From a virus (lineage: Duplodnaviria; Heunggongvirae; Uroviricota; Caudoviricetes): a stretch of 31,244 nucleotides of DNA. The DNA lies in IMG/VR virus record IMGVR_UViG_2585428013_000006. One strand, written 5' to 3'. Shown here piece by piece: positions 17,518 through 26,930 of the stretch (its first letter is position 1; each line of letters begins with the position of its first letter). The notes under the pieces are model-generated. The model was not told the DNA's origin. It worked only from the letters and a program-made list of their open reading frames with translations, and searched no databases. The translations under genes were made by a program, and so were the position numbers.

Positions 17518-18363
17518 TCAGCAATCAGCAAGCTGGGCGTTAGATTTTTCAGTTGCGCCGGTCGCTTCCGGACGGCGGTATTTGCTGGCGTCCTGGGTAG
17601 AAAGCTGCGCTTTCATCTCGTCGAACTCAGAGCGCAACTTCTCCACCGCTTCGGCGGTCTGCTTATTCTTAAGCTGCCCTGCGCTCAGTTTTTCCACCTT
17701 GTCCAGCAATTCACCCTGGCTTTCTGCTACCAGTTCAACCGCCTGGCGAATATCGCCATTTTCACGATCGAAGTGCTGGCGGGTTCCGGTCAGCATTTCC
17801 TTGATACGGGAAAAGAAATTCTTCCCGGTGTCGGACGCTGGCGGCTCTTCCTGCGCAAATTCGAGGGATGATTCCAGGGTTTCAGTGAAGAAGCATTCAG
17901 GTGCGTAGTGACGCGCGGCCAGTGGGTTGGCGCTGGCGTTCTGGGTGCAAAACTTCATCATTTCGGTGCCCAGGCTTGCCGGGTTATCGGTACAGGCCAG
18001 CCCCATAAGGTAGGCTTTGCCGGTGTCGGCAAAAGACGGATGCACCTCAATGCTATGGTAGATTTTCTGGCGTTTCTTCTTCAGTTCGACCAGTTCATCC
18101 GTGGCGTCCACCTTCACCAGAAGCGCCAACTTGCCCTTTAACGGGCCTTCGGCAATCTCTTCGGTTTTAGTCTCGACCACATCACCATACGCGCGGAAAT
18201 CGCTTGTCGGCGACCAGCCTAAAATGTGCTCCAGATTGACGCGGGCACCATAGACCTGGGGATCGTACTGTTCGGCCATTTCGGTGATGTGCTGACGTTC
18301 CAGTACTCGGCCGTCACAGGTTGCGCCCTCTACTGCGGCGCGGAAAAAATTTGTCATTGGCAT
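17518..18363 (-). CDS. O: Capsid scaffolding protein O
   Basis: 281 aa from ATG 18363 (MPMTNFFRAAVEG, GGAG upstream); resembles P2 gpO (DGRV, NLEH, GLA.TD.PASLGTE); the 440-aa track ORF is an N-terminal over-extension. Confidence 0.9.
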   Translation of the reverse strand: MPMTNFFRAAVEGATCDGRVLERQHITEMAEQYDPQVYGARVNLEHILGWSPTSDFRAYGDVVETKTEEIAEGPLKGKLALLVKVDATDELVELKKKRQKIYHSIEVHPSFADTGKAYLMGLACTDNPASLGTEMMKFCTQNASANPLAARHYAPECFFTETLESSLEFAQEEPPASDTGKNFFSRIKEMLTGTRQHFDRENGDIRQAVELVAESQGELLDKVEKLSAGQLKNKQTAEAVEKLRSEFDEMKAQLSTQDASKYRRPEATGATEKSNAQLADC

Positions 18364-18452
18364 GGTGACAAAGCTCCGGGTTGGTAAGCGATTGATATTA
18401 ACCAGTGCCCTAATCATTCCCTTTGCAGCCGGAAGGCGCAAAGCCTTCACTT

Positions 18453-18470
18453 TGTCGGACTCAGGCGACA
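18453..18470. promoter_or_regulatory. TGT-N12-ACA dyad, candidate late promoter activator site in the divergent O/P region
   Basis: TGTCGGACTCAGGCGACA; GCGCGCGCG tract at 18489-18497; the only such dyad in the 153-bp divergent region. Confidence 0.55.
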
Positions 18471-18516
18471 ACCAGCGGCGATATTGTTGCGCGCGCGAGC
18501 GCGATAGCCTGTTGCC

Positions 18517-20229
18517 ATGAATACAGCCGAAGACCTCAGCACAAAAGCCAAAAGCCTCTACTGGCAGGCGTTTAGCATCACTCAGATTTCTAAGGAAATC
18601 GGGGTGAGCATTAACACGATCTACAGTTGGCGCCGCCGCTATGAATGGGATAAAGCCACCCCCATGCAGCGGGTGCAGGATCGCACGCACGTTCGTTACT
18701 TGCGCCTGGTGGAAAAGGACGACAAAACCCCGAAGGACTTCAAAGAAATTGACCTGCTGGCGCGCCAGCTTGACCGCTTCGAACGGCATGAACGACGCGA
18801 CCAGGAGAAAGAGAAGAAGGCGAAGACCCCGAAAAACCATTTCACCGAAGAACAGATAACCCAGCTTCGCGCCCTGGTCTTTGATTCGCTATACGAGCAT
18901 CAAAAACGCTGGTTCAAACAGTGGAACCGGCGTAACCGCTTTATCCTCAAATCGCGCCAGATTGGTGCCACCTGGTACTTTGCCCGCGAAGCGCTGTTGC
19001 GTGCGCTGGAAACCGGAAATAATCAGATATTCCTGTCAGCCAGCCGCGCCCAGGCGTTCCAGTTCAAGCGGTTCATTCAGAAGCTGGCACAGGAAATCGG
19101 TGTAGAACTCAAAGGCGGCGACGCCATCGTATTGAGCAACGGCGCAACGCTGTACTTTCTCGGCACCTCTGCCGCGACGGCACAGAGCTACACCGGCGAT
19201 CTGTACATGGATGAAGCCTTCTGGATCAGCAACTTCATCAACCTGCGTAAAGTCGCCGCAGGCATGGCGACCCACAAAGGACTACGCCGCACCTACTTTT
19301 CGACACCTTCCAGTGAAGAACATGAAGCCTATCCCTTCTGGACTGGCGATCAGTTCAATAAGCACCGTTCACGGGCCGATCGGGTGGATATCGACACCAG
19401 TTATAAGACGCTCAAAAACGGCAAGCTGGGCGGGGATAACATCTGGCGCCAGATAGTCACGCTGGAAGACGCCGTGAAGCTCGGCTTCGATCTGGTTGAT
19501 ACCGATGAAATCCGTAACGAAAACTCCCCCGACGAATACGCCAACCTTTACGGCTGCATGTTCGTTAAAGCCGGAGAACGCGCCTTCGACTACAACGCAA
19601 TTCTGGGCTGCGGCGTTGATGGCTACATGCCGGACGCATGGCCGGACTGGAACCCGTTTGCACCCCGCCCGCTGGGTAATCGCCCTGTCTGGGTTAGCTA
19701 TGACCCCAACGGCAGCAGCGGCAAAGGCGACAGCGCCGGGCTGGTTGTGCTGGCCCCGCCAGCCGTGCCGGGTGGTAAGTTCCGCGCGGTTGAACGCCAC
19801 CAGTTACGCGGCATGGAGTACGAAGAGCAGGCCAAATTTATTAAAGAGATCACCACCCGCTACAACGTGCAGCACATTGCTATCGACGGCACGGGGATTG
19901 GCGATGCGGTTTATCAACTGGTGATCAAGTTCTTCCCGCAGGCGGTTAAATACAACTATTCACCGGTTCTTAAGCGGTCGATGGTGCTCAAAATGTTGAT
20001 GGTCATTCGTGCCGGGCGCTTTGAGTTCGATGCCGGAATGATGGATCTCGCCCAGTCGTTTATGACCGTGCGTAAAGTCACCGCAGGCGGCGTTATTACC
20101 TACCAGTCCGATCGGGCCCGTGGCAGCAATCACGGCGATCTGGCATGGGCAACGATGCAGGGCATTTACAACGAACCGATCGGCGCGGAAGTGACCGGCG
20201 ATAACGGCAGTTTTGTGGAGGAGTTTTAA
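18517..20229 (+). CDS. P: Terminase ATPase (large) subunit P
   Basis: 570 aa; divergent from O and followed by the portal gene, as in P2; ATG at 18517. Confidence 0.85.
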   Translation: MNTAEDLSTKAKSLYWQAFSITQISKEIGVSINTIYSWRRRYEWDKATPMQRVQDRTHVRYLRLVEKDDKTPKDFKEIDLLARQLDRFERHERRDQEKEKKAKTPKNHFTEEQITQLRALVFDSLYEHQKRWFKQWNRRNRFILKSRQIGATWYFAREALLRALETGNNQIFLSASRAQAFQFKRFIQKLAQEIGVELKGGDAIVLSNGATLYFLGTSAATAQSYTGDLYMDEAFWISNFINLRKVAAGMATHKGLRRTYFSTPSSEEHEAYPFWTGDQFNKHRSRADRVDIDTSYKTLKNGKLGGDNIWRQIVTLEDAVKLGFDLVDTDEIRNENSPDEYANLYGCMFVKAGERAFDYNAILGCGVDGYMPDAWPDWNPFAPRPLGNRPVWVSYDPNGSSGKGDSAGLVVLAPPAVPGGKFRAVERHQLRGMEYEEQAKFIKEITTRYNVQHIAIDGTGIGDAVYQLVIKFFPQAVKYNYSPVLKRSMVLKMLMVIRAGRFEFDAGMMDLAQSFMTVRKVTAGGVITYQSDRARGSNHGDLAWATMQGIYNEPIGAEVTGDNGSFVEEF

Positions 20230-21279
20230 TTGAGCAGCAAAAAGAAATTCAGGGCGCCAACTGCTGCGCCAGCCAGCACGGCCAGCAACGCAGCCACCCC
20301 GCTGGAAAGCGTGGAATCTTTCAGCTTTGGCGACCCGATCGCAGTCAACGATCGAGCGTCTCTTATGGAGTGCCTCGAATGCCATAACAATGGCCGCTGG
20401 TATGAACCACCGATCAGCCCTTACGGGCTGGCGCGCATGTTCGACGTTGCCGCCTATCACCAGTCACCGCTGATATTTAAACGCAATGTTATCGCCAGTT
20501 GCTACATACCACACCCGCTATTGACCCGGCAGGAGTTCACCGCCTGGGTGCAGGATTATTTAATTTTCGGTAACTGTTACATGGAATGCCGCCGCAACCG
20601 ACTCGGCCAGCCGATTGAACTGCGGCACAGCCAGGCGAAATATACGCGGCGCGGCATAGACCCGGCTCAATTCTGGTTTGTTCCGCGCTACGTTGACGAT
20701 CACGCGTTCGAACCGGGCAGCGTCTGCCAGATCAAGAACCCCAGCCCGCACCAGGAGATCTACGGCGCGCCGGAATATCTGGCCGCGCTACAAAGCGCCA
20801 TGCTGAACGGTGAAGCAACGGTGTTCCGCCGCAACTACTACATTAACGGAAGTCATGCGGGTGTGATCGTCTACCTCACCGACCCGGTAGCGAATAATAA
20901 CGATGTGGAAAAGCTTAAGAAGTCGCTGAAAGATGCACGTGGCAACGGTGCTTTTAAAAACCTGTTTGTCTACGCGGCGGGCGGGAAAAAAGACGGCCTG
21001 CAAATTATGCCGTTCAGCCAGGTGGCGGCGAAGGATGAGTTTACCGGCATCAAAGACGCCACCCGAGACGACCTGTTAGCCGCGCACCGCGTACCGCCCG
21101 TTCTGATGGGGGTAATGCCGAATAACTCCGGTGGCTTCGGCGACGTAGAGAAAGCGGCGAAGGTTTTTTCCATCAACGAACTGGCCCCGATACAAGAAAG
21201 CCTGAAAGAGTTAAACGACTGGCTGGGGATCGACGTGGTGCGCTTCAACCCTTACGCACTGTTGCAGGCAGCAATCTGA
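20230..21279 (+). CDS. Q: Portal protein Q
   Basis: 349 aa; starts at TTG directly after the P stop, with GGAGGAG 8 nt upstream; portal-family resemblance. Confidence 0.85.
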   Translation: MSSKKKFRAPTAAPASTASNAATPLESVESFSFGDPIAVNDRASLMECLECHNNGRWYEPPISPYGLARMFDVAAYHQSPLIFKRNVIASCYIPHPLLTRQEFTAWVQDYLIFGNCYMECRRNRLGQPIELRHSQAKYTRRGIDPAQFWFVPRYVDDHAFEPGSVCQIKNPSPHQEIYGAPEYLAALQSAMLNGEATVFRRNYYINGSHAGVIVYLTDPVANNNDVEKLKKSLKDARGNGAFKNLFVYAAGGKKDGLQIMPFSQVAAKDEFTGIKDATRDDLLAAHRVPPVLMGVMPNNSGGFGDVEKAAKVFSINELAPIQESLKELNDWLGIDVVRFNPYALLQAAI

Positions 21280-21349
21280 CGCCAGCCCGGACACACCCAC
21301 CACCACCGTGGAACGGCCAGCACGGCCGCAACTGACCACACCGCACGTA

Positions 21350-21386
21350 AGCCCCTCAGCAGCCCGCTGGCAGGGGCTTTTCTTTT
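21350..21386 (+). terminator. Rho-independent terminator after Q
   Basis: AGCCCCTCAGC...GCTGGCAGGGGCT stem followed by TTTTCTTTTG. Confidence 0.7.
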
Positions 21387-21489
21387 GCCTCAAACCACCA
21401 CATCGAACCGAAAACGACGCAGCAGCGAGGCGCAGCGGCGCGAAAATCGGCGCAGATAATATCAACCCTATCCCACCCCTCAGCGCGCG

Positions 21490-21508
21490 CTCATTCCCCC
21501 GCCTCGCC
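21490..21508. other. Candidate cos (cohesive end) site
   Basis: Minus strand reads GGCGAGGCGGGGG, matching my recollection of the start of the P2 19-nt cohesive end; lies between Q and the accessory locus as in P2. Exact ends uncertain. Confidence 0.4.
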
Positions 21509-21649
21509 CGCACGCAGAAACCCCGCTTTTTTGTGCAAATGTGCAGACCACCGGAAGGCCCGCCCCGTCTGACCTGTGGTGATAATACGAATGCCGAAAT
21601 ATTTGTGCATTTACGTGCAATTTTTTGCAGTGTTTTTGGCGCAATAAAA

Positions 21650-21677
21650 AAGGGCTTTGTTAGCCCTTAATTTTTTA
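21650..21677. terminator. Bidirectional hairpin terminator ending the accessory operon
   Basis: AAGGGCT-TTGTT-AGCCCTT flanked by A-run and T-run. Confidence 0.65.
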
Positions 21678-22313
21678 CCTTCCCCACTCCCGATCAGGAA
21701 GTCGATCTTTGAAGGCAAGGTAATCGTAAAACTCACGAGTATGGGAAAAGATACATTCGCACATTGCAGCGCCAGCGTTTGAAAGAGCCAATTTCAACAT
21801 GCCGTCAGGTTTAGGATTGCTCACCAAATTTTCATAAACTTGAGCCTGATCTGTACCGTGGACACATAACAAAAGTGACGACTCAAAGGTAACAACTGCA
21901 TCCAGTAAACGCTGATGAATCACGGAAAGGGCCGGTTGGTTTGCAACAATTGCAGTCAAACAGCGGCGATCACCCGTCATGAAAATGGCTTCTGGGTTCT
22001 CTATGCACGAGGCAAGCAATAGCTGTTCGCCTACATCAATTCCGGGCACACTCCCCAAAAGCTCAATAAGCTGTGAGTCCTGAACTTCCGGGATATCCTG
22101 TACAGATTCAATGAAGGCTCCCACCTGCTCGTAAACAACCTGGCTACCACACTTCCTGATTGCTTTATCAGGATTTTTCGGCAGAAGCTGAAAACGAGCA
22201 GCAGGGTTAATGAAGATCTGTTCGGGGGGTTGATTAAAAACCACTGGCAGTTGTGATAACAGATTGCACTGGGCCAGCTTCAAAATGACATCATTGTCAG
22301 AAAGAACAATCAC
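21675..22313 (-). CDS. Hypothetical protein, possible PIN-like nuclease fold; second gene of the accessory pair
   Basis: 212 aa; GTG start after tandem TAA TAA; N-terminal IVLSDNDVI and later IFMTGDRR resemble PIN acidic motifs (weak, by eye); AT-richer than the phage core. Confidence 0.45.
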   Translation of the reverse strand: MIVLSDNDVILKLAQCNLLSQLPVVFNQPPEQIFINPAARFQLLPKNPDKAIRKCGSQVVYEQVGAFIESVQDIPEVQDSQLIELLGSVPGIDVGEQLLLASCIENPEAIFMTGDRRCLTAIVANQPALSVIHQRLLDAVVTFESSLLLCVHGTDQAQVYENLVSNPKPDGMLKLALSNAGAAMCECIFSHTREFYDYLAFKDRLPDREWGR

Positions 22314-22316
22314 TTA

Positions 22317-23315
22317 TTATTCCCCGATTAGATTTTCTAAAACCTTAAGATCATCTTCGTGGATATTTTCTAAATCCATCCCGCTTTTCATCATGGCCCT
22401 CACAAAATCCTGATCTGAGTCTTCACCAGCACAGAGTGCTTTAACAGCGTTAACAGCAGCACCCCAGCAGTTCTGCGCGAAACCATAATTTAAAGCGATG
22501 TGAGTCGGGTCAATGTGATTATCACTTCCAAACTTTTGAGCCGCGCGAGCCAAGCCAGGCCCATTCAACCTGCCAGCGGTAGGAACGATACGTAAAGACT
22601 TCTGCCCCGAAATGACCTGGAAAGCGAATTCGTTGGCTTCTTTCTCTACGTTGTCCGTCGAAGCATTCTCAATTTTTGCATCAATATGGCACTGCCCGTT
22701 TTCTGCGTTCAGATGCCCTCTGGCGATATGGCCTAACTCATGCGCGAGATCAAACAGCATATAGCCATATTTCTGAGGCTGAGTAAGAACAATCACCGGG
22801 CGCCCGTGACTCATTAGTGCCAGCCCGGCCATTTTTTTGGCAGCTTGAGGGAAGCATTTTAGATAAACAACAGGAATGCCAATCGAATGACAGTATGTTA
22901 CCAGGCTATCTAACGATACCCATGATTCCTTAGTAAGAATCTGGGTTCTTATCGCCAAAGGATCAAGCACTGCACTGGAATCGTAAGGGACTTTGAAATT
23001 AGACGCGACAATACCGGCCGCAGTATAGGCAACAGCAGTAGCGATATCTAAATCGTTCTCGGCTACATTTTGGCGATGTTTATATTTATGGTTTCCACCA
23101 AAATTAAAGCATACCCCTTCGCTACCATCTTTCAGGCTATCCGGGAGAATGCTAAACATACGCGCAAGGTGCAGGCACGCATACTGGCGCCCTGATGGGG
23201 TGTCAGCAAGCTTCTCATCCCACCAGTCAGGCAACAACCTGCGGATGTAAGAGAGATTAAACCCGGCCCGGCCGAATTTAGAATATATCTGACTCATCTG
23301 ATTATGGTTCGTCAT
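22317..23315 (-). CDS. ImmA/IrrE-family (M78-like) zinc metallopeptidase domain protein with unknown N-terminal region
   Basis: 332 aa; HELGH followed by EKEANEFA, the arrangement typical of ImmA/IrrE peptidases; AGGAGG SD; occupies the P2 old/tin position. Confidence 0.7.
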   Translation of the reverse strand: MTNHNQMSQIYSKFGRAGFNLSYIRRLLPDWWDEKLADTPSGRQYACLHLARMFSILPDSLKDGSEGVCFNFGGNHKYKHRQNVAENDLDIATAVAYTAAGIVASNFKVPYDSSAVLDPLAIRTQILTKESWVSLDSLVTYCHSIGIPVVYLKCFPQAAKKMAGLALMSHGRPVIVLTQPQKYGYMLFDLAHELGHIARGHLNAENGQCHIDAKIENASTDNVEKEANEFAFQVISGQKSLRIVPTAGRLNGPGLARAAQKFGSDNHIDPTHIALNYGFAQNCWGAAVNAVKALCAGEDSDQDFVRAMMKSGMDLENIHEDDLKVLENLIGE

Positions 23316-23473
23316 AAGAGCCTCCTAACTGCGTGTGTAAGCGAAATGCCATTTGTTATTAGCTTAGTTATGACACAAAAGCGCGCACACTATAAGCAGA
23401 AAACGGCGAAAGTCATAACTATTTCGATTGTGTGGAAAATGGGTAATTGCTTCTTAGAGCGGCTTATATCGGC

Positions 23474-25828
23474 TTAGTTCCGCGAAAATGCTGCTTTCAT
23501 CCTGTTCACAAGATCACTTGTTTTTTGCTTCGCCGCCATCACCTGCGACGGTAGCTTATCCAGCCCGGACGCTGCGCGGTTGCGCGATACCAGCCGCCCG
23601 TCCTGCACGGTCATAACAAGATCGCCGCACGCCACTGACGCACCGGCCATCATCGATCTGACCATTCCAGCGCTGGCATCAATCCCACGTAGCGCCAGCA
23701 GTTCACTGATCTGCTGCTCTTTGACTGATAGCCCTGCTCCCTCTTCCCGTTCCGGTGGCCGCGTTTTCCGCTTGGCGCGTACATCGTCACTTAATCGCTG
23801 CGCCAGTTCCCGTTTTTCTTGCCGTGAAAGAGCATCAAAATTCACCGTCTCGCCCACTTCGTGATCGGCATGTTCAAGACCGTCTGCACTTGTCGCGGGA
23901 TCCCGCGTACAGTTATTGACAGAACTCCGAGGGGCGGCGTTGCCGCCTGAAAAACCAACGTCAACGGCCACACCGTCAACGCTCTGGCGCTTCGGCACGA
24001 TTTTGTATTGAGTGGTGCGGGTGAAGATCAAAGAGTCATTGCCCGTAATCGGGCAGTAAATACCGGTGATTCGCTGGACGTTATCGCCGTAGGCGTTGCC
24101 GTTCTCAGTGGTTTCATAATTCAGACGAATGCGCAGCTTATCGCGCTCAACCAATGGGCCACCCTGGGCTAATACGTAGTTATCCCATTCGCCACCGTTA
24201 GCGGCCTGCCGGGCGGTTTCCAGTTCAGGGTGTAGCACCAGTTCGCGATCGCCCAGGCGGCGAAGTTCGCGATATACCGTGACCGGCGCACCGCCGATCT
24301 GCTGAAACTGACGAATAGCCCAGCGCGATGCCCACGCGCTAACGCGGAGTGACATTTCTTTCAGGTCTTCCCCGGTTTCGTCGTCCTTCTCACCATCCAG
24401 CGCGAAGCCGTCGATATTCTTCGAAATGTATTTCGCTATGTAGCCGGTTGCGCTGCCGTGGGCATCGTCGATCGGCACAACCTGAAAGCGGTTTTCCTGC
24501 GCTCCCGGTTCGTTGCCGTCTTCTTTCAGGGCATATTTACGGAAGATTTCGCGCGCCTGCTTGACGCATTCCGGGCGCATAAAAAGAAGTAAATGCCAGT
24601 GTGGCGTTGCATCGTGGTGCGGTTCGACCACGCGGAAACCAAAGACGCGGATCCCTTTTCTCTTCCACGCTGCGCGGGTTCTCGCCCAGACTTTGCAAAG
24701 ATATTGCTGCGTCTCGCGCGGCGACGCGCCACAGTATTTATTATTGCGGCGCCCGTTATGCTGCATGGAGTGGTAACGGGAAGGTGCTGTTAGCGTGTAG
24801 AAGTCACCGGCCAGCCCTTCCAGCTTCGCCAAATCTTCAAATCCGCGCATTCTCGTCATGAGTTCGCGGCGACGGTTGGCCGGATTGGCAACACTACCGG
24901 CGACTTTATCGATCAGTGAAATGCGTTCGCCCGTGTCCTGGTCTTCCAGTTCCATAGCCTTAAGGTATTCACGGTTAGCCTTTTTCTGGGCCAGCCATTC
25001 CGTGAGGCACGGGGCGCTACTGTATGGGGAAGATTTTTTCTGGACGTATCCCGCTGCGATCATCAAATGCTCACGCCACCTGGCATGGATACGGCGCAGG
25101 CGGTTTAACCACCACTGCGGTGACTCAAGGCGAAGAACCGCGCGTAACGCGTCCTCCGCTTCCAGTTCTTCATTGCAATACGCCGTCCAGCCGGGGATCG
25201 GCGTTTTCAGATGCACCGCCAGCGACGCAATACGGCCATAGCCCGAAAGCGCCGCGAACTCAGGATCTCCGGTGCGTGCCAACTGGTGATCGGACTCGCG
25301 TATAAACTCGCTCGTAAAGATATCGGCAAGCGTATAAGCCAGTCTTTTTAACTCTTTCTTCCCTGCCCAGAGCATACGGAAAAGCTGATCGCGGATTGGT
25401 AGCAGAATGCCGGGCATCACAGTGTCAGGCTGGTAAACACTGTTCACGCTATCAATACGCGTTAATACGTGGCGCTCAAAGGTATTAACCAGCCAGTGAT
25501 CTGCCGCTTTACGGTCTTTCGCGTCCAGTGCATCCAGCTTCGCGGCAAAGTGGCGGCGGATATACTGCGGAAGGGAAGCCAGACGGCGACGCAGCAGCTT
25601 GCTGCGCTCCGGCTTTTCGTCCTCCGCTACCAGTTCACTGAACGCAATATGCTTGCGGGTGCCGTCCGGCGTGAGATAGTCGAAACCATCCAGCCCCGGC
25701 GCTACATCAACGCCAATCGGCTGGTATGGTTTGTTCCCGCCATAAGCGTAAGGGATAGCATTATCAGTGCTACCCGGATACGATGGAGGTGGAGAAGGGG
25801 CGCGACGGCCACGGGTTGCCGTGGTCAT
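23474..25828 (-). CDS. A: Replication initiation endonuclease A (rolling-circle)
   Basis: 784 aa; P2 gpA-like size and position; ATGA overlap with the upstream methylase gene. Confidence 0.9.
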   Translation of the reverse strand: MTTATRGRRAPSPPPSYPGSTDNAIPYAYGGNKPYQPIGVDVAPGLDGFDYLTPDGTRKHIAFSELVAEDEKPERSKLLRRRLASLPQYIRRHFAAKLDALDAKDRKAADHWLVNTFERHVLTRIDSVNSVYQPDTVMPGILLPIRDQLFRMLWAGKKELKRLAYTLADIFTSEFIRESDHQLARTGDPEFAALSGYGRIASLAVHLKTPIPGWTAYCNEELEAEDALRAVLRLESPQWWLNRLRRIHARWREHLMIAAGYVQKKSSPYSSAPCLTEWLAQKKANREYLKAMELEDQDTGERISLIDKVAGSVANPANRRRELMTRMRGFEDLAKLEGLAGDFYTLTAPSRYHSMQHNGRRNNKYCGASPRETQQYLCKVWARTRAAWKRKGIRVFGFRVVEPHHDATPHWHLLLFMRPECVKQAREIFRKYALKEDGNEPGAQENRFQVVPIDDAHGSATGYIAKYISKNIDGFALDGEKDDETGEDLKEMSLRVSAWASRWAIRQFQQIGGAPVTVYRELRRLGDRELVLHPELETARQAANGGEWDNYVLAQGGPLVERDKLRIRLNYETTENGNAYGDNVQRITGIYCPITGNDSLIFTRTTQYKIVPKRQSVDGVAVDVGFSGGNAAPRSSVNNCTRDPATSADGLEHADHEVGETVNFDALSRQEKRELAQRLSDDVRAKRKTRPPEREEGAGLSVKEQQISELLALRGIDASAGMVRSMMAGASVACGDLVMTVQDGRLVSRNRAASGLDKLPSQVMAAKQKTSDLVNRMKAAFSRN

Positions 25829-26739
25829 TGCGCGATCTCCATGTAGGCTTTTAAGAAAGTAGCGGCTGCATAGATATTTACGGCGTTTCCGCTGGCGCGT
25901 AGTTTTCCCACTCTGGAGGGAACCCCATCAACCAGAGGCTTAAGGCCGGGTTTAACTGGCCTCCACTTTCCATCCCGGCAGAAAAGCCAGTCAGCAGATC
26001 CCCAGAATCCGTTAACCGGGCCGGGCCTGCTATCTGCGCTGTCACATCCAGCGTATCCGTTGACAGCTTCCCGTGCCGCATCCTTCCCCCCTGATACCCG
26101 CCCTTTCCATCCCTCGCCGCAGGGGTGGGCCAGCCCGCAAGACAAGCAAAGTCCTGTAAGTTCGACTGCCGACCAGCCAGCTTCCTGGCGATCACCTTCT
26201 CGGCATCCTGATAAGCGTTCTTCGTATTGCTCGCGGTTGGAGTCGGCCAGCCAGTAAGTACGCTCCCGGATGTGCGGCGCACCGACGCCCGCAGACGGAA
26301 ACGCCGACGCCCCGAAGGCATAGCCCAAACTTTCCATGTCAGTTTGTACAAGGTCGATCCAGACTTCTGCATCTTTGCTTGAAGACTGTTCGCCAAATAT
26401 AACGACAGGGCGTTGCTGGCCTGCAAGCCAATGAACGGCGGGCCATAGGTGCCGCTCATCATCAAATTGTTTTCCTTCGCCTGCCTGGCTGAAAGGTTGG
26501 CATGGGCAACTTGCTGTCCATACTGGGCGGTCGTCCGGCCATCCTGCAACGCGCAAAGCACGGGGCCAGCCTCCAAAACCTGCAAACAGGTGGATTTGAG
26601 AGAATCCTTTAATGTCATTTGGGGTTACATCCTCAACGGAACGGGTATCAACAACGCCGGAAGCGATAAGCCCGGCATCAATGAGGTTGCGCAGGTATTG
26701 CGCGGCAAAGGGATCGATTTCGTTGTAGTAGGCGGTCAC
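25825..26739 (-). CDS. DNA (cytosine-5) methyltransferase, orphan
   Basis: Motif I FAGFGG, motif IV PCQPFS, RER, C-terminal GNAV; GTG start with GGAGGGG SD; no restriction partner seen. Confidence 0.8.
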   Translation of the reverse strand: MTAYYNEIDPFAAQYLRNLIDAGLIASGVVDTRSVEDVTPNDIKGFSQIHLFAGFGGWPRALRVAGWPDDRPVWTASCPCQPFSQAGEGKQFDDERHLWPAVHWLAGQQRPVVIFGEQSSSKDAEVWIDLVQTDMESLGYAFGASAFPSAGVGAPHIRERTYWLADSNREQYEERLSGCREGDRQEAGWSAVELTGLCLSCGLAHPCGEGWKGRVSGGKDAAREAVNGYAGCDSADSRPGPVNGFWGSADWLFCRDGKWRPVKPGLKPLVDGVPSRVGKLRASGNAVNIYAAATFLKAYMEIAQ

Positions 26740-26930
26740 TGCTGCCCCTCCGCTTTGCGGTATTTCGTGATAAGCGGATCTACAATTCCGTCGAGAGTGG
26801 CCTTTATCGCCCGCGCCTCTTCCTGCCCATTCATCACGCCCACGTGCGTGGCTAACGCCAACGCTATCAACTTGATTTCGTTCAGTGCGTGCAGCGCGCC
26901 TTGATTAAATTCATGTGAGTTAGAAGGCAT
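26736..26930 (-). CDS. Hypothetical small protein
   Basis: 64 aa from ATG 26930 (GGAG RBS), packed between the Dam and C5-methylase genes. Confidence 0.4.
   Translation of the reverse strand: MPSNSHEFNQGALHALNEIKLIALALATHVGVMNGQEEARAIKATLDGIVDPLITKYRKAEGQQ

Noticed and set aside
16938-17543. 201-aa plus-strand ORF inside the capsid gene
   Set aside because: Antisense to the strongly supported major capsid gene.
17518-18840. 440-aa ORF in the track spanning the O gene
   Set aside because: The N-terminal 159 residues are an over-extension into the O/P divergent region. The conserved gpO sequence begins at ATG 18363, which has a GGAG RBS.
21305-21325. Possible third copy of the 62-bp repeat (shared 12-mer CGGCCAGCACGG)
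   Set aside because: Only a 12-nt match, expected by chance many times in 31 kb; flanks do not align.
24349-25305. Several 66-127 aa plus-strand ORFs inside gene A
   Set aside because: Antisense to the replication gene; Arg/Ser-rich, typical of GC-rich antisense frames.
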